DNA of 32,000 nucleotides from Longivirga aurantiaca (GTDB lineage: Bacteria; Actinomycetota; Actinomycetes; S36-B12; CAIYMF01). Both the position numbers and the translations under genes were made by a program. The stretch is from positions 1-32,000 of the forward strand of contig NZ_JBHSTI010000008.1 of assembly GCF_042660085.1 (NCBI RefSeq). The letters run 5' to 3'. The notes under the pieces are model-generated. The model had not been told where the DNA came from and did no database searches. It was given only the letters and a program-made list of their open reading frames with translations. Of this stretch, positions 27,166 through 32,000 are shown piece after piece (position 1 is the first letter of the stretch; each line of letters begins with the position of its first letter).

Positions 27166-28689
27166 TCAGCTCCTCGAGAACATGGCGAGCATGCGACGGG
27201 TGACCGCGAAGCCACCGAAGACGTTGATGGACGCGAGCAGGATCGCCACGGTCGACACCGCTGTGATGAGCGGGTCACCGGTGCCCATCTGCAGCAGCGC
27301 GCCGACCACGATGATCCCGGAGATGGCGTTGGTCACCGACATCAGCGGCGTGTGCAGGGCGTGGTGCACGTTGCCGATCACGTAGTAGCCGATCACGATC
27401 GCCAGGGCGAAGACGGTGAGGTGACCGAGCAGCGACGGCGGGGAGACCGCGCCGAGCAGGAACAGCGCCGTGGCCACGATCCCGACCAGGGCGAAGCGCC
27501 TCCCCGGTGGTGCCGGCGGCTTGGGCTCCTTGGCGGCCACGGCTGCGGCCGGTGCGGCCGCGGGGGCGGCTGACACCTGCACCGCGGGCGGCGGCCAGGT
27601 CGACTCGCCCTCGCGGACGACCGTGATTCCGCGCTGCACGACGTCGTCGAAGTCGAGCACCAGCACGCCGTCCTTGGCCGGCGTCATGAGCTTCATCAGG
27701 TTGACCAGGTTGGTGCCGTAGAGCTGGGACGACTGCGCGGGCAGGCGGCCGGCGAGGTCGGTGTACCCGATGATCGTGACGCCGTTCTCGGTCACGACGG
27801 CCTCGCCCGCGACCGTGCCCTCGACGTTGCCGCCGTTGGACGCCGCCATGTCGACGATCACGCTGCCGCGCTTCATGCTCGCGACCATCGCCGCGGTGAT
27901 CAGCCTCGGAGCCGGGCGGCCCGGGATCAGCGCGGTGGTGATGACGATGTCCATCTCGGGGATGCGGCTCGCGTAGAGCGCCTCGGCCCGGGCGTTGTAG
28001 TCGTCCGACATCTCCTTGGCGTAGCCGGTCGCCGAGACCTCGACGTCGGCCGCTGCGACCGGGAGGTACTCGCCGCCGAGCGACTTCACCTGGTCGGCGA
28101 CCTCCGGGCGCGGGTCGGTCGCGTACACGATCGCGCCGAGGCTGCCCGCCGTACCGATCGCGGCGAGGCCGGCGACGCCGGCTCCGGCGATGAGGACCTT
28201 GGCCGGCGGAACCTTGCCCGCCGCGGTGACCTGGCCGGTGAAGAAGCGGCCGAACACGTGGGCGGCCTCGACGACCGCGCGGTAGCCCGCGATGTTCGCC
28301 ATCGAGCTGAGCACGTCCAACGACTGCGCGCGCGAGATGCGCGGCACCGCGTCCATGGCCAGCGCCGTGATCGGACGGCGGCCGAGGTCCTGCACCAGCT
28401 CGGGGTTGAAGGCCGGGGCCAGCAGGCTCACCAGCGTCGCGCCCGGGCGCAGGCCGTCGAGCTGCTCGGTCGAGGGGGCGTTCACGCCGAACACGATGTC
28501 GGCCGCGAGCGGGTCGCCGATCGTGGCGCCTGCCTCGACGTACCCGTCGTCGGAGAAGTCCGAGGCCGCACCCGCGCCTGCCTCCACCACGACCTCGTAG
28601 CCCAGCTTCTTCAGCTGCACGACGGTGGCGGGAGTCGCCGCGACCCGGGTCTCCCCAGCACGCGCCTCTCTCAGCACTCCGATGATCAC
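27166..28689 (-). CDS. pntA: NAD(P)(+) transhydrogenase (Re/Si-specific) subunit alpha, full-length (fused alpha1+alpha2)
   Basis: 507 aa; [80 protein letters not shown], Ala/Pro linker, C-terminal TM domain ending [28 protein letters not shown]...[17 protein letters not shown]. Confidence 0.95.
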   Translation of the reverse strand: MIIGVLREARAGETRVAATPATVVQLKKLGYEVVVEAGAGAASDFSDDGYVEAGATIGDPLAADIVFGVNAPSTEQLDGLRPGATLVSLLAPAFNPELVQDLGRRPITALAMDAVPRISRAQSLDVLSSMANIAGYRAVVEAAHVFGRFFTGQVTAAGKVPPAKVLIAGAGVAGLAAIGTAGSLGAIVYATDPRPEVADQVKSLGGEYLPVAAADVEVSATGYAKEMSDDYNARAEALYASRIPEMDIVITTALIPGRPAPRLITAAMVASMKRGSVIVDMAASNGGNVEGTVAGEAVVTENGVTIIGYTDLAGRLPAQSSQLYGTNLVNLMKLMTPAKDGVLVLDFDDVVQRGITVVREGESTWPPPAVQVSAAPAAAPAAAVAAKEPKPPAPPGRRFALVGIVATALFLLGAVSPPSLLGHLTVFALAIVIGYYVIGNVHHALHTPLMSVTNAISGIIVVGALLQMGTGDPLITAVSTVAILLASINVFGGFAVTRRMLAMFSRS

Positions 28690-28967
28690 GCCGAGCCTCC
28701 TTCACGCTGCCGCCCGCACGGGCGGAGGCAGCTCATGGCTTCCGTTGGGCGAGGCCGACCGGCGACGCTGTGGGGCACAGCCCTGCCGCGTCGGGTCTCC
28801 CCGCCTCGCTGCACGCTACCGGCCCGGGTTCCGCGAGGCCGGGCAGCGTGCCGGGAATCACGGACGACCGGGTCACGTCCGGGCCCGGGTGAACGCGGGC
28901 GAGGCCGGTACGGAACGTGCGGCGGCGTCGCCCCCGAAGGCCGTGGTCCACGCCCTAGGCTTCGACC

Positions 28968-30179
28968 GTGCCCGTCGAACCGTCAGTCGTCGCCCTCGTG
29001 CGCGGCGCCGTGGCCGCCGACGAGGCCCTGCTCGTGGAGATGCGCCGGGACCTGCACGCGCACCCCGAGCTGTCCGGGCAGGAGAAGGCCACCACCCGCT
29101 GGATCCACCAGCACCTGCGCGACCTCGGCCTCGCCCCGCAGCGGCTCGAGGCCGGCACCGGGGTGGTCTGCGACGTCGTGCTCGGCAGCGGCGTCGGGCC
29201 CGTGGTCGCCGTGCGGGCGGACATCGACGCGCTGGCGATGAACGACGACAAGGACGTCGGCTACCGCTCGCAGACCGACGGCGTCGCGCACGCCTGCGGG
29301 CACGACGTCCACACGACCGTGGTCATGGGCGTCGCCCGCGTGCTCGCCCGCAGCGGCGACCGGCTCGGGGTCGACGGTCGCGTGCGGCTCGTCTTCGAGC
29401 CGGCCGAGGAGTCGGTGCCGGGCGGTGCGGTCGACGTGATCGCCGAGGGCTTCTTCGACGACGTCGACGCCGTGTTCGGCGTCCACTGCGACCCGAAGGT
29501 CGACGTCGGTCACGTGGGCCTGCGCGTCGGCCCCATCTCGTCCGCTGCGGACATGGTCGAGATCCGCGTCTCCGGCCCGGGCGGCCACACCTCGCGCCCC
29601 GAGCGCACGGTCGACCTCGTCGCGGTGCTGGCCCGCGTGGTCACGGGGATGCAGGGCGAGATCGACCGGCTGACGGGCGAGCCCGGAGCCGTGCGCTGCG
29701 TCTTCGGCTCGGTCCACGCGGGCGACGCCGCCAACGTCATCCCCTCGGGCGGCTCGCTGCGCGGCACCGTGCGCACCCCTGACCACGACGTGTGGCGGCA
29801 CTTCCCGAAGTACGTCGAGGACGCGCTCGCCACACTCCTCGGCGGCACCGGCGTCACATGGACCACCGAGCATCGACGCGGCGTGCCCCCCGTGGTGAAC
29901 GATGAGGACGCGACGACGATCGTGGCCAACGCGGTGCGCAGCGCGTTGGGCGATGACGGTGCGGTCGAGGTCGAGCAGTCGTGGGGCGGCGACTCCTTCG
30001 CCTGGTACCTCGACAAGGTGCCGGGCGCCTACGCGCGTCTCGGAGTGCACGACCCGTCGTCCGGCGCTCCGCGGCTCGACCTGCACGCCGGCACCTTCGA
30101 CGTCGACGAGCGTGCGATCGCGTACGGCACGCTCGTGCTGGCGCTCGCCGCCCTCGAGGCCCTCGCCGACCTCGGCTGA
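28968..30179 (+). CDS. M20 family amidohydrolase / aminoacylase-like peptidase
   Basis: 403 aa, GTG start; RRDLHAHPELSGQEKATTRWI, VRADIDALAMNDD, SQTDGVAHACGHDVHTTVVMG, VFEPAEESVPGGA, GVHCDPKVDVG. Confidence 0.93.
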   Translation: MPVEPSVVALVRGAVAADEALLVEMRRDLHAHPELSGQEKATTRWIHQHLRDLGLAPQRLEAGTGVVCDVVLGSGVGPVVAVRADIDALAMNDDKDVGYRSQTDGVAHACGHDVHTTVVMGVARVLARSGDRLGVDGRVRLVFEPAEESVPGGAVDVIAEGFFDDVDAVFGVHCDPKVDVGHVGLRVGPISSAADMVEIRVSGPGGHTSRPERTVDLVAVLARVVTGMQGEIDRLTGEPGAVRCVFGSVHAGDAANVIPSGGSLRGTVRTPDHDVWRHFPKYVEDALATLLGGTGVTWTTEHRRGVPPVVNDEDATTIVANAVRSALGDDGAVEVEQSWGGDSFAWYLDKVPGAYARLGVHDPSSGAPRLDLHAGTFDVDERAIAYGTLVLALAALEALADLG

Positions 30180-30184
30180 CTCAG

Positions 30185-30240
30185 ACCGATGTGGTAGTGG
30201 GAAGTCGCGCTCTGGCGCGACTTCCCACTACCAAATCGGT
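30185..30240. terminator. Very long intergenic inverted repeat between convergent genes
   Basis: accgatgtggtagtgggaagtcgcgc tctg gcgcgacttcccactaccaaatcggt: 26-position stem, one G/A mismatch, 19 uninterrupted pairs next to the loop. Confidence 0.8.
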
Positions 30241-30253
30241 GAAGGGCGCCGGG

Positions 30254-31732
30254 TCAGACGGCGGACCAGGTGTGGACGGGCTCGTTGGTGTGCATGCGCT
30301 CGACGTAGGCAAGCGTCATGAGGCGCAGGGACTCCCAGCGGTCGTGGCCGCGGCTCTCGAACGTGCGGACGGCCTCGGTCTGCCACACCGAGCCGTTGCG
30401 CTGCGTCACGCACCGGCCCTCGATGATGCCGAGCAGCCGTGCGCTGATGGCGGGGTCGACCTCCCAGGCGTCCAGGCCCTGCTGAGCGAGGGGCAGCAGG
30501 CGGCGCAGCACGAGCTCGGTCGCAGGCACGTGCCCCATGCCCGGCCAGAACAGCGTGCTCTCGATGCCGTTGCGGGCGGCGGCGAAGAAGTTGTCCTCGG
30601 CCGCACCGAAGCTCATCTGCGACCAGACCGGCCGATCCATCTCGGCGAGCGCGCGCAGGGTGCCGAAGTAGAAGGCGCCGTTGGCGAGGATGTCGACGAC
30701 GGTCGGGCCCGCCGGAAGCACGCGGTTCTCGACGCGCAGGTGCGGGCGCCCGTCGACCACGTCGTACACCGGGCGGTTCCAGCGCCACACCGTGCCGTTG
30801 TGCAGGCGCAGCTCGGGCAGCGCGGGCGTGCCGCCCGAGTCGAGCACGGCCACCGGGTCCTCGTCGTCGAGCACGGGCAGCAGCGGCGGGAAGTACGTGA
30901 GGTTCTCCTCGAAGAGGTCGAAGACGCTCGTGATCCAGCGCTCGCCGAACCACACGCGCGGCCGCACGCCCTGCGCCTTCAGCTCCGCCGGCCTGGTGTC
31001 GGTGGCCTCGGCGAAGAGGCTGATGCGCGTCTCGCGCCAGAGCTCGCGCCCGAGGAAGTACGGCGAGTTCGCTCCCATCGCCACCTGCGCGGCGGCGAGG
31101 CACTGCGCGGCGTTCCAGTTCTGGGCGAACTCGTCCGGGCTCACCTGCAGGTGGAACTGCACGCTGGTGCACGCGGCCTCGGGCGCGATGGAGTCGGCGT
31201 ACGTCTCGAGGCTCTCCGGGTCGCCGTCGATGGAGATGTGGAGGTCCTCGCCGCGGGCCAGCAGCATCTGCTGGTCGAGCAGCGCGTAGCGCGGGTTGGT
31301 GCTGATCGCCTCGTGCGTCAGGAGCTCCGGCGACAGCGTGGGAAGGATGCCGATCATCACCATCCCGGCGTCGGCCTCGTGCGCATGCTCGTTCGCGGCG
31401 TTGAGCTGGGTGCGGAGGTGCTCCTCGTAGGCCGCCGCTCCGTCGCCGGAGAGCGACGCCGGCGGCACGTTGATCTCGAGGTTGAAGCGGCCGAGCTCCT
31501 GCACGAACGCCGGGTCGTCGATGCGTGCGAGCACCTCGGCGTTGCGCAGCGCCGGCTGACCCTGGCTGTCGACCAGGTTGAGCTCGACCTCCATGCCTGT
31601 CAGCGGGGTCTCGAAGTCGAAGCGCGACTCCTCCAGCATGCGCGCGAAGACGTCGAGGCAGCGGTGCACCTTGTCGCGGTAGCGCTGCCGGTCCTCGCGC
31701 GTGAAGGTCCGGCTACCGAGCTGCTCACCCAT
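30254..31732 (-). CDS. Glutamate-cysteine ligase (GCS2) family protein
   Basis: 492 aa; TPLTGMEVELNLVD, RFNLEINVPP, GILPTLSPELLTHEAISTNPRY, ACTSVQFHLQVSPDEFAQNWNAAQCLAAAQVAMGANSPYFLGRELWRETRISLF, NRVLPAGPTVVDILANGAFYFG. Confidence 0.87.
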   Translation of the reverse strand: MGEQLGSRTFTREDRQRYRDKVHRCLDVFARMLEESRFDFETPLTGMEVELNLVDSQGQPALRNAEVLARIDDPAFVQELGRFNLEINVPPASLSGDGAAAYEEHLRTQLNAANEHAHEADAGMVMIGILPTLSPELLTHEAISTNPRYALLDQQMLLARGEDLHISIDGDPESLETYADSIAPEAACTSVQFHLQVSPDEFAQNWNAAQCLAAAQVAMGANSPYFLGRELWRETRISLFAEATDTRPAELKAQGVRPRVWFGERWITSVFDLFEENLTYFPPLLPVLDDEDPVAVLDSGGTPALPELRLHNGTVWRWNRPVYDVVDGRPHLRVENRVLPAGPTVVDILANGAFYFGTLRALAEMDRPVWSQMSFGAAEDNFFAAARNGIESTLFWPGMGHVPATELVLRRLLPLAQQGLDAWEVDPAISARLLGIIEGRCVTQRNGSVWQTEAVRTFESRGHDRWESLRLMTLAYVERMHTNEPVHTWSAV

Positions 31733-31789
31733 GGGCGAAGCCTGCCCCGCTCGGGTGCGGCTGCGCGGGCGAACGCGACGATCTGTCGG

Positions 31790-32000
31790 TCAGGCGCCGG
31801 TCTCCGACAGTCCGCGAAGGATCGCACCGACGTTCGCCGGCCCGTGCACCTCGACCCCGCGCACGTCGTTCTGCTCGCACGCGGCGAGCAGGGCGTCGCG
31901 CGGTTCGGGCTCGACGCCGCCGCCTATGAGCAGCGCACTGATCTGCTGCTGCTGCACCCAGAGCAGCGCCTCGTGGTCGTCGAGAGTGCCGCGGGCGTCG
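31790..32000 (-). CDS. C-terminal part of an unidentified protein (partial, truncated by window edge)
   Basis: Reverse strand reads ...DARGTLDDHEALLWVQQQQISALLIGGGVEPEPRDALLAACEQNDVRGVEVHGPANVGAILRGLSETGA* with stop at 31790-31792. Confidence 0.6.
   Translation of the reverse strand, partial: DARGTLDDHEALLWVQQQQISALLIGGGVEPEPRDALLAACEQNDVRGVEVHGPANVGAILRGLSETGA

Noticed and set aside
23990-27385. ORFs 23990..25141 (+), 26072..27385 (+), 25632..27278 (-)
   Set aside because: Alternate-frame or antisense ORFs over the TQXA protein and pntB.
1-32000. CRISPR array, IS element or complete prophage
   Set aside because: I saw no regularly spaced repeats of CRISPR type, and no transposase, integrase or structural phage genes among the supported ORFs. 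Only att-like scars are present.

Overview
High-GC actinobacterial chromosomal window, mostly ordinary metabolic genes. Positions 1-8720 hold a catabolic/beta-oxidation-like cluster: a TetR C-terminus, several SDR oxidoreductases, an acyl-CoA ligase, an acyl-CoA dehydrogenase, an enoyl-CoA hydratase, an LLM-class flavin oxidoreductase and a SnoaL/NTF2-like protein. Positions 12999-32000 hold fgd, an enoyl-CoA hydratase, an LtrA-like membrane protein, a VOC protein, a BASS transporter with an acyl-CoA ligase, a PNPOx-like protein, a cupin, a class III aminotransferase, an alpha/beta hydrolase, a TQXA thioester surface protein, an ABM protein, pntA/pntB, an M20 amidohydrolase and a GCS2-type ligase. 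The unusual part is a ~2.3-kb segment (about 9036-11366). It is bounded by two 45-nt 3'-half tRNA fragments, tRNA-Gly(CCC) on the minus strand and tRNA-Thr(CGT) on the plus strand, both broken at the anticodon loop. It holds one 643-aa orphan protein with a possible degenerate PD-(D/E)xK-like segment and no integrase. Period-11 direct repeats resembling integrase arm-type sites lie near each tRNA fragment. This looks like the scar of tRNA-targeted integrative elements, possibly two different ones, with an orphan cargo gene that deserves testing as an accessory or defence function. Several intergenic regions also carry very strong inverted repeats, likely terminators, including a 26-bp stem with one mismatch at 30185-30240 and a nested palindrome downstream of pntB. 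All family assignments come from reading protein motifs; no searches were run.
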